Shown here: in pieces, positions 9,697 through 19,399 of the stretch
How the letters are laid out: every line of letters starts with the position of its first letter
Position numbering within the stretch: position 1 is the stretch's first letter
Origin: Myxococcota bacterium
Lineage (GTDB): Bacteria > Myxococcota_A > UBA9160 > UBA4427
DNA length: 64,000 bases
Reading direction: 5' to 3'
Assembly (NCBI GenBank): GCA_965250285.1
Contig: OZ252299.1
Location: 1,536,001 to 1,600,000, forward strand
Notes under the pieces: model-generated
Told to the model about the DNA's origin: nothing
Databases searched by the model: none
The model's input: only the letters and a program-made list of their open reading frames with translations
Translations under genes and position numbers: made by a program

Positions 9697-10662
9697 ATGG
9701 GTCTCTTGGTCAACGGCGAGTGGAAGGATCAGTGGTACGAGACGAAGTCGACTGGCGGTCGATTCGTTCGCAAGGACAGCTCGTTTCGGGACTGGGTGAA
9801 GGCCGACGGTTCGACGCCCTACGCGCCCGAGGCCGGGCGGTACCACCTGTACGTGTCGCTCGCGTGTCCGTGGGCCCACCGGACGCTGATCTACCGCAAG
9901 CTGAAGGGACTCGAGGGTGCGATTTCGCTCTCGATCGTCGATCCGTACATGCTCGAGGACGGCTGGCAGTTCACGGATGCGCCGGGCGCGATTCCCGACG
10001 ACGTGCTGCACAAGCGCTTTCTGCACGAGGTCTACACGCACGCGAATCCCGACTACACCGGGCGCGTGACGGTGCCCGTGCTCTTCGACAAGAAGCAGGG
10101 CACGATCGTCAGCAACGAGTCGAGCGAGATCATTCGCATGTTCAACGCCGAGTTCGCGGGCGTCGCCGACGACACCTTCGACTTCTACCCCGAACCCCTG
10201 CGCGCCGAGATCGACGAGATCAACGCGTTCGTCTACCCGAACATCAACAACGGCGTGTACCGGTGCGGCTTCGCCACGACCCAGGAGGCGTACGAGGAGG
10301 CCTTCGGCGAGCTGTTCGGTGCCCTCGACCAGATCGAGGCCCGACTCGGAGCCCAGCGCTACCTCGTCGGTGACCAGATCACCGAGGCCGACTGGCGCCT
10401 CTTCACGACGCTGGTGCGCTTCGACCCGGTCTACGTCGGACACTTCAAGTGCAACCTGCGGCGCATCGACGACTACCCGAACCTGTCGGGCTACCTCCGG
10501 GAGCTCTACCAGGCGCCCGGCGTCGCCGAGACCGTCGACTTCCACCACATCAAGCACCACTACTACGGCAGCCACGGCACCATCAATCCGACCGGTGTGG
10601 TGCCGGTCGGCCCCGAGCTCGACCTCGGTACGCCGCACGGACGAGACGCCACCGCGAAGTGA
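9697..10662 (+). CDS. yqjG: Glutathionyl-hydroquinone reductase (GST Xi/omega-like)
   Basis: GRYHLYVSLACPWAHRT, TVPVL, NNGVYRCGFA, HIKHHYYGSH. Confidence 0.92.
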   Translation: MGLLVNGEWKDQWYETKSTGGRFVRKDSSFRDWVKADGSTPYAPEAGRYHLYVSLACPWAHRTLIYRKLKGLEGAISLSIVDPYMLEDGWQFTDAPGAIPDDVLHKRFLHEVYTHANPDYTGRVTVPVLFDKKQGTIVSNESSEIIRMFNAEFAGVADDTFDFYPEPLRAEIDEINAFVYPNINNGVYRCGFATTQEAYEEAFGELFGALDQIEARLGAQRYLVGDQITEADWRLFTTLVRFDPVYVGHFKCNLRRIDDYPNLSGYLRELYQAPGVAETVDFHHIKHHYYGSHGTINPTGVVPVGPELDLGTPHGRDATAK

Positions 10663-10833
10663 GGTCGCGCCGGCGCAGTCGCAACCGCCGATGCCCCTGC
10701 GGCCCGGCCCGGCGATCGCTCGGGTCGGCGCTCGAGGGTGACGGATCGCCGGATGTGTGATTCGCTCATGCCGTCCGAGAGGGGGGTGAGCGTGGCGGCC
10801 AGAAGCGGTCGAATTCGAATCGAGCGGCGGCGT

Positions 10834-11826
10834 ATGGTCGCGGCTGTCGGGGTGCTCGGTCTGCTCCTCGGGCTGGGCTGTGGCGCGAACGGCGGCGGCT
10901 GGCGTGCCCGGGATCTGTCGATGCACACCGTCGACTGGAAGCGCGTCGACGGCCAGCGGCTCGGCGACGTCCAGGCGACGCCCAGCATCGCCGCCAGCGG
11001 TGTCGACCTGCTGCTCTGTCGTTGGAAGGTCGGCCCGCCGATCCGGATCGTCTGGCCCGACGACGCGAGCGCAGACGAGCTGCAGGCCTTCGAGCAGGCG
11101 CGCGCGGCGTGGTCGGGGCTCGTCGATGGCCTCGATCTGGTGACCTCGACCGACGCCGACGCCGAGATCCGGTTGAGCTTCGTCGACGACGACGATCCGG
11201 CGGCGCCCTCGGGCACGGCCGACACGGTGACCGACTGCGTCGTCGACGCCGGCGCCCACGCTCTGGCGAACCCGGCGGACCTGGGGCGGATCGTCGCCGC
11301 GTCGATCGTGATGCGGCGCGAGAACGTCAGCTGGACCGGGGATACGTCGCCCATGAGCGACGAGGAGTTTCTCGGCGCCGTTCTGCACGAGCTCGGCCAC
11401 GCGCTCGGTCTCGCGGGCCACATCGACTCGCGCCGCAGCGTGATGTCGATGGAGCGATCGGCCGTGCGCGGCGCGGCGCGTCGCCTTCAGAAGGGCGATC
11501 CGTTTCGTGAGCCCACGCTCGAAGCGCTCTACACCGTGCCCCTCGGCACGAGCGTCGGTCGCGTGGGCTTCAGGACCGCGCTCCGGCCCTCCCTGCGACT
11601 GCTCGCCGTGGCCGCCGCGGCGTCGGATTGGCGCGGTCCCTTCGGCCGAGCGGGCGGAGGCACGGCCCACGTGTTCTGGCAGACGCCCGAGGGCGCGCAC
11701 CCCGGTGTGTTCACGTTCGAATGGACGAGTGGCGTGCGTGGGAAGCGCAGTCTCGACTGGCGACTCAGCCTCGCTGCGCGCAGCGCTCTGGCCCAGACCG
11801 CCGACGGATCGCCGACCGCGCCTTGA
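10834..11826 (+). CDS. Matrixin-like metzincin metalloprotease, probable lipoprotein
   Basis: HELGHALGLAGH zinc motif plus SVM Met-turn; lipobox-like LGLGC; start uncertain (10738-10834). Confidence 0.7.
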   Translation: MVAAVGVLGLLLGLGCGANGGGWRARDLSMHTVDWKRVDGQRLGDVQATPSIAASGVDLLLCRWKVGPPIRIVWPDDASADELQAFEQARAAWSGLVDGLDLVTSTDADAEIRLSFVDDDDPAAPSGTADTVTDCVVDAGAHALANPADLGRIVAASIVMRRENVSWTGDTSPMSDEEFLGAVLHELGHALGLAGHIDSRRSVMSMERSAVRGAARRLQKGDPFREPTLEALYTVPLGTSVGRVGFRTALRPSLRLLAVAAAASDWRGPFGRAGGGTAHVFWQTPEGAHPGVFTFEWTSGVRGKRSLDWRLSLAARSALAQTADGSPTAP

Positions 11827-11904
11827 CGGCGCAACCGATCGTACAGTGCGAGCGCTCGGTGATCGGGGATCGCTCGAGGCATCGCGCGCCTCGATGGCCG
11901 CGCC

Positions 11905-13377
11905 TCAAGCGATCGCGCGCTGCACCGTTTCGAGCCAGCCCGCCGCATCGGGATCATCGGGATTGAGCGAGAGCGCGTACTCGAGGTGGCGGACCGCCTC
12001 CTCGGGCTCGGACGGCGCCTTCTTGAAGAGCGTCCATCCGAAAGCCGCCTGATACGCCGCTTCGTCGGGCCAGAGGTCGATGCACGATCGCAGGAACGGC
12101 TCGGCGCCCTTGAAGTCGCCCATCTTGATGAGGATCTCGCCCTTGCGGAAGAGCGTTTCGGCCTGGGCGAGGGCCGCCGTGTCGATCTCTTCCGTCCCGC
12201 CGCCGGCGAGCACGTCGTCGTAGCTCTTGCGCTTGCGGTCGTCGCCGAGCACCTCGAACGCCTCCGCGATGCGCGCGAAGACCTCGGCGGCCTCTTCCTT
12301 GACGTCATCGAGGCCGAGGCGCCCGAGGGCGTCGGGGTGATAGCGCTTCGCCGCCTTGAAGTAGGCCTTCTTGATCACCGCAGCGGCGGCGCTCGGCTCG
12401 ACGTCGAGGATGCGATAGTGCGTGACGTCGTCCTTCGCCTCGCCGAGCAGGGCGTGCCGGTCGAGGATCTCTTGTCGGACTGCTTCGGTCTTCGCCTCGC
12501 CCTTGGCCTTCGAAGCCCGCTTGCGGCTCGGTTTGCGAGGCGGTGCGGGCGCGGCTGCTGCATCGGCGGCGGTCGCGGCCGCATCCTCGTCGATCTCGAT
12601 GTCGAACTCGAGCGCGTCGGGCACGGCCCCCGCGGTGGGGTCGATCGCCTCGTCGAGGTAGACGACCGCGCCGATCGCGTCGAGGACCCAGATGCGGCCG
12701 AGCGCGCGCGTCGACTGCATCGCGGTGCCGACGAGGTCGGTGAGCGTGCGGGTGCCGTCGATGCCCGCCAGCGCCGCGCGCTCCTGGGCGTCCTCGGTGA
12801 GGCGGGCGACGATCTTCGGCAGGCGCTTGGTGCCCTTGGGATACGCGCCGAGCCTGGGCGTCAGGTCGCCGAGCATGCGGTCGACACCCCAGTGCGCCTC
12901 CAGCCCGGCGAGCACGAGATCGAGCGGGTCGACGCGGAAGGGCTGCACCTCTTCGCCCGGATCGACCGTCGGGTCGAGGGCGAACTCGCCGTCGGGCCAG
13001 CCGAACGACTCGACCAGCCGCCGGCGCACTTGCTCCTTCAACGCCTCGAAGAGGTCTTTGGGGGACAGCAGCTTGAGCGCGAGGAGCGCGACGCCTTCGC
13101 GACAGTCTCGTCGCTGCATCTCGCTGCACACCTGGTCGTACTGCAGGCGTGTGATGCGGCCCTGCTCGACGAGCTGCATGCCGAGGGTCTCGCTCGAGAG
13201 GTTCGACTCGGCGATGACCGGCGAACCCTTCACGAACACGAAGCGCTTCTCGGCGCGGGGCCCCTGGATTCGCAGCTCGCCCTGGAAGCGCTGACGGTGG
13301 AGCGCCAACAGCAGCCGCGGGAGCGGCGTTTCGCTGAGGCGTCCCGATGCGTCGGGCTCGATCTCGACGGCGGGCAT
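11905..13377 (-). CDS. DUF4388-like + DnaJ J-domain + TPR protein
   Basis: GRLSETPLPRLL...GELRI N-domain; HYRILDV...IKKAYFKAAKRYHPD; C-terminal TPRs. Confidence 0.8.
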   Translation of the reverse strand: MPAVEIEPDASGRLSETPLPRLLLALHRQRFQGELRIQGPRAEKRFVFVKGSPVIAESNLSSETLGMQLVEQGRITRLQYDQVCSEMQRRDCREGVALLALKLLSPKDLFEALKEQVRRRLVESFGWPDGEFALDPTVDPGEEVQPFRVDPLDLVLAGLEAHWGVDRMLGDLTPRLGAYPKGTKRLPKIVARLTEDAQERAALAGIDGTRTLTDLVGTAMQSTRALGRIWVLDAIGAVVYLDEAIDPTAGAVPDALEFDIEIDEDAAATAADAAAAPAPPRKPSRKRASKAKGEAKTEAVRQEILDRHALLGEAKDDVTHYRILDVEPSAAAAVIKKAYFKAAKRYHPDALGRLGLDDVKEEAAEVFARIAEAFEVLGDDRKRKSYDDVLAGGGTEEIDTAALAQAETLFRKGEILIKMGDFKGAEPFLRSCIDLWPDEAAYQAAFGWTLFKKAPSEPEEAVRHLEYALSLNPDDPDAAGWLETVQRAIA

Positions 13378-13390
13378 CGCGGGTCCGGGT

Positions 13391-14416
13391 CTAGAGCGCG
13401 TGACGCTGCGCTTCGGTGATCTGAAAGGCCATGGCGATCGCGTTGGGCAGATCCTTGCCCGTCACGACGTGGGTTGAGTCGAGGTCCTGGATCACGGCCT
13501 CGTTGATCGGCGAGACCCCGGCGAGGATCGTCTCGGCGCCCCAGCGTTCGATCGTCTCGAGCGCCTGCTCGAGGCCAGCGGCCATGAATCCTTCGTCGAG
13601 CAGGGTGTCGGCGAGGTCGATGACGACGACGCGCACGCCCTGGGTGTTCGGGTCGCGGCCGAGCATGTCGATCGTCGCGAGCACCTCTTCGGTGTACGTG
13701 AACGGCAGCACCATCACGGGGCCCCAGACGTGCACGGCCTTCTCGCCGCGATCGAAGGCGGCCATCGGCGCCTCGGGGATCGGATCGGCGATCTCGGCGA
13801 TGGGCGCAGGCCGGTCGGCGAAGAGCCCCTTGCGCAGGTCGACGCCCACGATCTGCTTCGAGCGCGGATCGTCGAGCCAGGCCCGCGGCTCGCGCGCCTC
13901 GAAGTGGCAGCCGACGCCACCGGCCGCGATGCATTCGGTCTCGACCACGATGAGCTCCCGCTCGGTCGTCACCGAGAGCCAGCCGCTCGTATAGCCGGCG
14001 CTGAGCTGGCAACAGGGCTCGGTCGAGAGGCCGACGCGCTGCAAGCGGGCCTCGGCCTCGTGCAGATCGGGCCAGTGACCGGAGAGCTGGAAGCCCGGCG
14101 CCGTAGGCCCCAGGGCGAGGGCGATCGAAGGCGCCCGCGGCACGTGCGCGTCGGGGCCGCCGCCTGCGCTGAAGCCCGACTGCAGCGCGAGCTCGGCGTC
14201 CCGAAGACCGTGCGCCAAGCCGATCTGGAAGAGGGCGGCGCCGGCGAGCTCGGCGCCGAGCTCGCTCTGAAACTCGGCGAGCAGCGCGGCGAGGAAGGCC
14301 CGGTCGACGAACAGCTTCGGATCGTTCATCAGCGCCGTATCGGGGCCGAAGCCGAGGCGCGCGAGCAGAGCCTCGTCGCAGGTCGCGGCCAGGGGGGTGT
14401 CTTTGCGGTCGCTCAT
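13391..14416 (-). CDS. V4R (XylR-N/4VR-type sensor) + STAS domain protein, RsbR-like
   Basis: HEAEA...PCCQLSAGYTSGWLS...VETECIAAGGVGCHFEAR; STAS-like VHVWGPVMVLPF...VVVIDL...GAETILAGVSP. Confidence 0.7.
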   Translation of the reverse strand: MSDRKDTPLAATCDEALLARLGFGPDTALMNDPKLFVDRAFLAALLAEFQSELGAELAGAALFQIGLAHGLRDAELALQSGFSAGGGPDAHVPRAPSIALALGPTAPGFQLSGHWPDLHEAEARLQRVGLSTEPCCQLSAGYTSGWLSVTTERELIVVETECIAAGGVGCHFEAREPRAWLDDPRSKQIVGVDLRKGLFADRPAPIAEIADPIPEAPMAAFDRGEKAVHVWGPVMVLPFTYTEEVLATIDMLGRDPNTQGVRVVVIDLADTLLDEGFMAAGLEQALETIERWGAETILAGVSPINEAVIQDLDSTHVVTGKDLPNAIAMAFQITEAQRHAL

Positions 14417-14423
14417 GAACGCA

Positions 14424-15551
14424 TCAGCCCCCGATGAAGGCGTAGATGTCGAAGACCTGATCGCGCGAAACGAAGGCGTCGCCCTCGTCTTCGAGCAGGC
14501 CGAGGAACGCATCGACCACGACCGGGTCGAACTGACTGCCCGAGTACTTGTGCAGCTCCTGGACCACGGTGTCGATGGGCAGCGCCTTGCGGTAGGGACG
14601 ATCGCTCGTCATGGCTTCGACGGTGTCGGCCACGAGGATGACGCGCGAAGGCAGCGGGATCTGGTCGCCGATCAGGCGATCGGGGTAGCCGCGGTCGCAG
14701 CCGTCGAACCACTCGTGGTGGTGGCGGACGCACGGCACGATCTTGTCGAGGAACTCGACCGGCTCGAGGATCTTCGCGCCGATCTCGGGGTGCTTCTTGA
14801 TCTCCTCGTACTCTTCGGCGTTGAGGCGCGCGGGCTTGGTGATGATCGCATCGGGGATGCCGATCTTGCCCACGTCGTGCAGCAGGCCCGAGAAGTAGAC
14901 GCGCTCGATCAGGTCCTTCTCGAGGTTCATGCGCCGCGCGATGCGCGAGGCGTAGACGGCCACGCGCTCCGAGTGACCCCGGGTGTAGGCGTCCTTGGCA
15001 TCGATCGCCTCGGCGAGCGCCCGGATCGTCTGGATGTACGCGGTGCGCAGCTCGTGGTTCTTGTGGTCGAGCTGCATGGTGCGCTCGCGCACCTTCCCCT
15101 CGAGATTGCGGTTCATGTCCTGGAGCTTGAAGTTCTGCTCGCGGGTCACCTGGTTGAGGCGCTTGATCTCGCCCTTGAGGTCGTAGTGATCGAAGGCCTG
15201 GCGGAGCGTCGCCTTGAGCTCGTCGTCGTTCCACGGCTTCGTGATCAAGCGATAGATCTCACCGCGATTGATGGCTTCGACCGCGATGTTCATCTCGGTG
15301 TAGCCGGTGAGCATCATTCGGACGATGTCCGAGTGGCGTTCGCGGACCGCAGAGAGCAGATCGACACCGCTCATCTCGGGCATGCGCTGATCGCTGACGA
15401 CGACCTGGCAGGGCTGGCGTTCGAGCATCTCGAGCGCTTCGTGCGGCCGCGACGCGGTCAGCACATTCATCGGCTCGTGGCGCAGCAGACGCTGGATCGC
15501 CTTGAGGATGTTCACCTCGTCGTCGACGAAGAGGACGGTGTGTTCGTGCAC
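14424..15551 (-). CDS. Response regulator with HD-GYP phosphodiesterase domain (RpfG-like)
   Basis: REC (LFVDDE, SDQRMP, KPW); YTRGHSERV, LHDVGKIG, HHHEWFDG..GYP. Confidence 0.93.
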   Translation of the reverse strand: MHEHTVLFVDDEVNILKAIQRLLRHEPMNVLTASRPHEALEMLERQPCQVVVSDQRMPEMSGVDLLSAVRERHSDIVRMMLTGYTEMNIAVEAINRGEIYRLITKPWNDDELKATLRQAFDHYDLKGEIKRLNQVTREQNFKLQDMNRNLEGKVRERTMQLDHKNHELRTAYIQTIRALAEAIDAKDAYTRGHSERVAVYASRIARRMNLEKDLIERVYFSGLLHDVGKIGIPDAIITKPARLNAEEYEEIKKHPEIGAKILEPVEFLDKIVPCVRHHHEWFDGCDRGYPDRLIGDQIPLPSRVILVADTVEAMTSDRPYRKALPIDTVVQELHKYSGSQFDPVVVDAFLGLLEDEGDAFVSRDQVFDIYAFIGG

Positions 15552-15712
15552 GATTCCATCTCCCCGGAATGCGGGTCGGCGCCGCAGCCAAGGTGCGCAC
15601 GGCCGCAGTCGAGGGACGTATCGGCTCGTTCAGCGGGTTTCGTTAGACCGGGAGGGTCGCCAGCGCGCGCGTTGCGCCCGGGTGGGGTGTTGCGGCCCCA
15701 GCGGGGCGCGGC

Positions 15713-16801
15713 TCAGGCTTCGTCGAGCAGGCCGCGTCGGCTGCGCGCCGTGCCTTCCTTCAGGACCGCATCGCACCAGGCCCGATTCGACAGGTACCAC
15801 TCGACCGTATGGCGCAACCCGGCGTCGAGCTCGTAGCGCGGCGCCCAGCCGAGCTCGGCCCGTGCGCGTGCCGCGTCGATCGCGTAGCGGCGGTCGTGGC
15901 CCGGGCGGTCCGGCACGAAGGTCTTGAGATCGCGGTACGCCGAGAGCGCGCGGGCCTGCATGGCCGGGTTCTCTCCGGCCGGCCGGAACGTCTCGAGCAT
16001 GTCGCAGAGCGCATCGACGATCTCGAGGTTCGTACGCTCACGGTTGCCGCCGATGTTGTACTTCCGCCCGGGCTGCCCCGCTTGCAGTGCGAGCAGAATC
16101 CCGCGGCAGTGATCCTCCACGTGGAGCCAATCGCGCACCTGGGCGCCATCGCCGTAGATCGGGAGATCCTTGGCCTCGAGCGCATTCATCAGGACGAGGG
16201 GCAGCAGCTTCTCGGGATACTGGCGCGGCCCGTAGTTGTTCGAACAGTTCGTGATGATCGCGGGCAGGCCGAACGTCTCGTGATGCGCGCGCACGAGGTG
16301 ATCGGCGCCGGCCTTGGTCGCTGCGTAGGGCGAGTTCGGCGCGTAAGGCGTCTCTTCGTGGAAGGCGCCTTCGGGCCCGAGCGTGCCGTACACCTCGTCG
16401 GTGGAGACGTGCAGCAGCCGAAAGCGCTCGCGTGCCCCGGCGTCGAGCCCATCGAAGCGGCTGCGCGCAGCCTCGAGCAGCCGGAACGTGCCGACCAGGT
16501 TCGTGTGAATGAAGGCGTCGGGTCCGTCGATCGACCGATCGACGTGGCTCTCGGCGGCGAAGTTGACGACCGCGTCGATCGGCTCCTGCGTGAACAGTGC
16601 TTCGAGGAGCCCCGCGTCAGCGATGTCGCCTTCGATGAGCCGACAGCGCGGCGAAGCGAGCGCCGCCTCGAGACTCTCGACATGGCCGGCGTACGTGAGT
16701 CGATCGAGCACGAGCACCCGCGCGTCGGTCTCGGCGAGCAGCAGGTCGACGAAGTTCGAGCCGATGAAGCCGGCGCCGCCGGTCACGAGCACGTTCTGCA
16801 T
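15713..16801 (-). CDS. rfbB: dTDP-glucose 4,6-dehydratase
   Basis: VTGGAGFIGSNFV, FAAESHVDRSI, STDEVYG, YAATKAG, DRPGHDRRYAID. Confidence 0.95.
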   Translation of the reverse strand: MQNVLVTGGAGFIGSNFVDLLLAETDARVLVLDRLTYAGHVESLEAALASPRCRLIEGDIADAGLLEALFTQEPIDAVVNFAAESHVDRSIDGPDAFIHTNLVGTFRLLEAARSRFDGLDAGARERFRLLHVSTDEVYGTLGPEGAFHEETPYAPNSPYAATKAGADHLVRAHHETFGLPAIITNCSNNYGPRQYPEKLLPLVLMNALEAKDLPIYGDGAQVRDWLHVEDHCRGILLALQAGQPGRKYNIGGNRERTNLEIVDALCDMLETFRPAGENPAMQARALSAYRDLKTFVPDRPGHDRRYAIDAARARAELGWAPRYELDAGLRHTVEWYLSNRAWCDAVLKEGTARSRRGLLDEA

Positions 16802-16869
16802 GGGCTCCTCCGCCTTCACGTTGCTCCGGCGCGCGTGGGGCATGCGCCTCCGCGAGCGACCTCGATCCT

Positions 16870-17796
16870 CTAGAGGTAGTTGCCGCCGTTCGACGTGGCG
16901 ATGCGGCGCTGGGCCTTGTGGAAGCGCTCGACCTCGTTCCACAGGTCGCCGGTGCTGACCGGATCGGGGGCCTCGCTCGAGGCCTCGGCGCGCGCCTTGC
17001 GTCGCAGCACGGCGTGCAGCACGCGCACCCAGTCGCCGATGGGTGCGTCCTTCGATTGGCCGACGATCTTGAGCCAGTCGATGTCGTCGAAGAGCGGGCG
17101 GCCGGCCCGCTCTTCGGCCTTGCGCGCGTGGATGCGCAGGGCATCGACGACGTCTTCGGGGAAGATCGGCGCGACTTCGACCACGCGATCGAGTCGGCCG
17201 GGTTGGGCGAACGCGTGGCGGATGCGCTGGGGGTGAGCGGTCGCGCCGACGACGAGGTGCTGGGGGCTCACCAGGGCGCGGTCGAGCATCTCGAGCAGGA
17301 AGTCCATGATCGGACCGACGGGCAGGTCGCCGCGCACGCCGACCTCGCGGGCCTGACTGAACTCGAGCTCGTCGAAGAAGATCGTGAGCGGCGGCATCTC
17401 TTCGAGCACGGCCGACCAGCCTTTGATCAGATCGCCGACCTTGCCGCCGTGATGCACGACGTCGATGACGAGGCGCGGCGTGTCGATGGCGACGAAGGCC
17501 GTTTCGGTGCGGGTCGCGAGCGCCTGGGCGAGCAGGCTCTTGCCCGTGCCGCGCTCGCCGACGAGCAGCATGCCGGCGGGGGGGAACGTGCCCCAGCGGT
17601 CGTACACCTCGGGCGAGGTCGCGGCGCAGGCGTACGTGAGGATCTCGTCCTTGGCCGACGACAGGCCACCGATGTCGTCGAAGGGCACCTGCGGATCGAC
17701 GTCGATCCGAGCGCAGCGCGCGATCTGGTCGTGGCTGCGCAGAAAGCTCGTCCAGAGGTTCTGCGCGCGTTCCTTCTCGATTCGGCGATCGGACAT
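16870..17796 (-). CDS. AAA+ ATPase (Cdc48/PAN-like single module, divergent second region of homology)
   Basis: FDDIGGL, Walker A GERGTGKS, Walker B IFFDE, PGRLDR. Confidence 0.8.
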   Translation of the reverse strand: MSDRRIEKERAQNLWTSFLRSHDQIARCARIDVDPQVPFDDIGGLSSAKDEILTYACAATSPEVYDRWGTFPPAGMLLVGERGTGKSLLAQALATRTETAFVAIDTPRLVIDVVHHGGKVGDLIKGWSAVLEEMPPLTIFFDELEFSQAREVGVRGDLPVGPIMDFLLEMLDRALVSPQHLVVGATAHPQRIRHAFAQPGRLDRVVEVAPIFPEDVVDALRIHARKAEERAGRPLFDDIDWLKIVGQSKDAPIGDWVRVLHAVLRRKARAEASSEAPDPVSTGDLWNEVERFHKAQRRIATSNGGNYL

Positions 17797-17910
17797 GGCG
17801 CCCGCAGGCTAGCTCGAATGCCCGATCGACGACGCACCTGCGCTTCTCGGCCGCGAGAGGGTGGCGGGTCGCGGTGCGTGCGCCATATTCCCGGCGCCCG
17901 ACGGGCACAT

Positions 17911-17985
17911 GTCCCCATCGTCTATCGGTTAGGACTCCAGCCTTTCAAGCTGGCGAGGCGGGTTCGATTCCCGCTGGGGACACCA
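17911..17985 (+). tRNA. tRNA-Glu(TTC)
   Basis: GTCCCCA/TGGGGAC acceptor stem, anticodon arm ccagc-ctTTCaa-gctgg, GGTTCGATTC T-loop, encoded CCA. Confidence 0.97.
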
Positions 17986-18186
17986 CCCGCGCCGTCGATC
18001 CCGAATCACAGTCGTTTTTTCCTCAAGGTCGCCCGGCGGATCGCCGATGCGCACTCTGAGGCCCGTGTCTTCTCCTTGCATCGTGCCTCGAACCTGTCTC
18101 GACTCGTGGCCTGCCTGCCGAACAGCTGCGAGCGAGGTGCCGGTGGTCCGCATCCCGCACGGCATCTCGATCACAGACACGAAGAC

Positions 18187-18219
18187 GAGCCGGTCCGGAT
18201 CCTCCGGGCCGGCTCTTTT
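18187..18219 (+). terminator. Intrinsic terminator
   Basis: 13-bp stem gagccggtccgga/tccgggccggctc followed by TTTT. Confidence 0.7.
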
Positions 18220-18268
18220 CGTTTGGGGGCGGGCGCGTCGCTCGAGCGCGACGGAAGATCGAGACTGC

Positions 18269-19054
18269 TCAGGCCGCTGCGATGTACGGGCCGCCCGTGC
18301 GGGCCTCGAGGCGATGCAGGTACTCGACGAGGCTCGGCCGCGCTTCGAGCATCTCGCGCGATCTCGGGATCGGTCCGTGCATGATGAGCAAGAGCATGCC
18401 GAAGACCGCCAGGTCGGCCATCGAAGGCTCGTCGGCGTGGAAGAACGCCCGATCGCCGAGCAGGCCGACGAGATCGTCGAGCCGGCGCTCGAGGCCGTCG
18501 ATCACCTGCAGCTCGAGCGTCTCGTTGTGACTCGTGCGCGCGCCGAGGCCCAGGCTCCGGCCGAGGCTCGAGCGCATGCGCTCGAGGAAGCCCGAGTCGA
18601 CCGGTGGGGCCGCGTCTTCGTCGAGGGGCTCCTGGCTTGCGAGCCAGCGATTCCAGTACCAGGCGAAGCTGCTGTCGCTCCACTCGGCGAGGCTCTGCTG
18701 CGCCTCGGCGACCTTGGCGTCGGGTGAGAGCAGCGGGGGCTCGGGGTATCGCTCGTCGAGCCACGCGAGGATCGCGCCCGAATCGGGGCGGCGTTCGCCG
18801 TCGATCTCGAGCACGGGCAGCTCGCGCGTGTCGGGGCTGTAGAGCGCGATCTCGTCGGGCTCACTGACGATCACACGCTCGAAGTCGATCTTCTTGAGCG
18901 CCAGCGCCCGCGCGACCTTCTCGGAGAAAGGGTTGCGCGCCTGGGTGATCAGGCGAACGGTCGGGCCCGCATCCAGGGGGCCGTCGTCGTCGGCGCGTGC
19001 GCCCTCGACCGGGTCGTTCGGTCGTTCGTCGACCGGTTCCGTCGTCTTCGGCAT
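18269..19054 (-). CDS. Glutathione S-transferase family protein
   Basis: NPFSEKVARAL, LPVLEIDG..PDSGAILAWLDERYP, PSMADLAVFG. Confidence 0.8.
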   Translation of the reverse strand: MPKTTEPVDERPNDPVEGARADDDGPLDAGPTVRLITQARNPFSEKVARALALKKIDFERVIVSEPDEIALYSPDTRELPVLEIDGERRPDSGAILAWLDERYPEPPLLSPDAKVAEAQQSLAEWSDSSFAWYWNRWLASQEPLDEDAAPPVDSGFLERMRSSLGRSLGLGARTSHNETLELQVIDGLERRLDDLVGLLGDRAFFHADEPSMADLAVFGMLLLIMHGPIPRSREMLEARPSLVEYLHRLEARTGGPYIAAA

Positions 19055-19315
19055 GTCGATGGGTCCCTCGACTCGCTCGCCCCAGCCGGCACTCGAGCCT
19101 CCACGCGTTGGATGCCGGATGGCGCCGCTCCGGTGCGAGCCCCGTGTCGCACCGCGTGCCCCTTTGCGCGGCGCAGCCGCCGGCCGGCGCTTGCTGCACG
19201 AGTTGAGAGCGATGCCGGCCCGGACGGGTTCCATGATCGCGCCGATGACACCGCTCGCGCGGCTCCACGGCTGGACCCGGGTCGAGGTCGCGGGCTCGCC
19301 CCCTCGATCGGCGGA

Positions 19316-19399
19316 TCAGACCGTGTGCGGGTCGGGGCCAGAGAAGATGCCGTCGATTCAGACCGGGTGCGGTTCGGGGCCGGGGAAGATCTCGTCGAT
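19316..19399 (-). repeat. 42-bp duplication of the AKR gene 3' end including its stop codon
   Basis: tcagaccgtgtgcgggtcggggccagagaagatgccgtcgat (19316) vs tcagaccgggtgcggttcggggccggggaagatctcgtcgat (19358). Confidence 0.8.

Noticed and set aside
15713..17908. 731-aa extended rfbB ORF
   Set aside because: Homology starts at MQNVLVTGG (16801); the extension overlaps the AAA ATPase in another frame.
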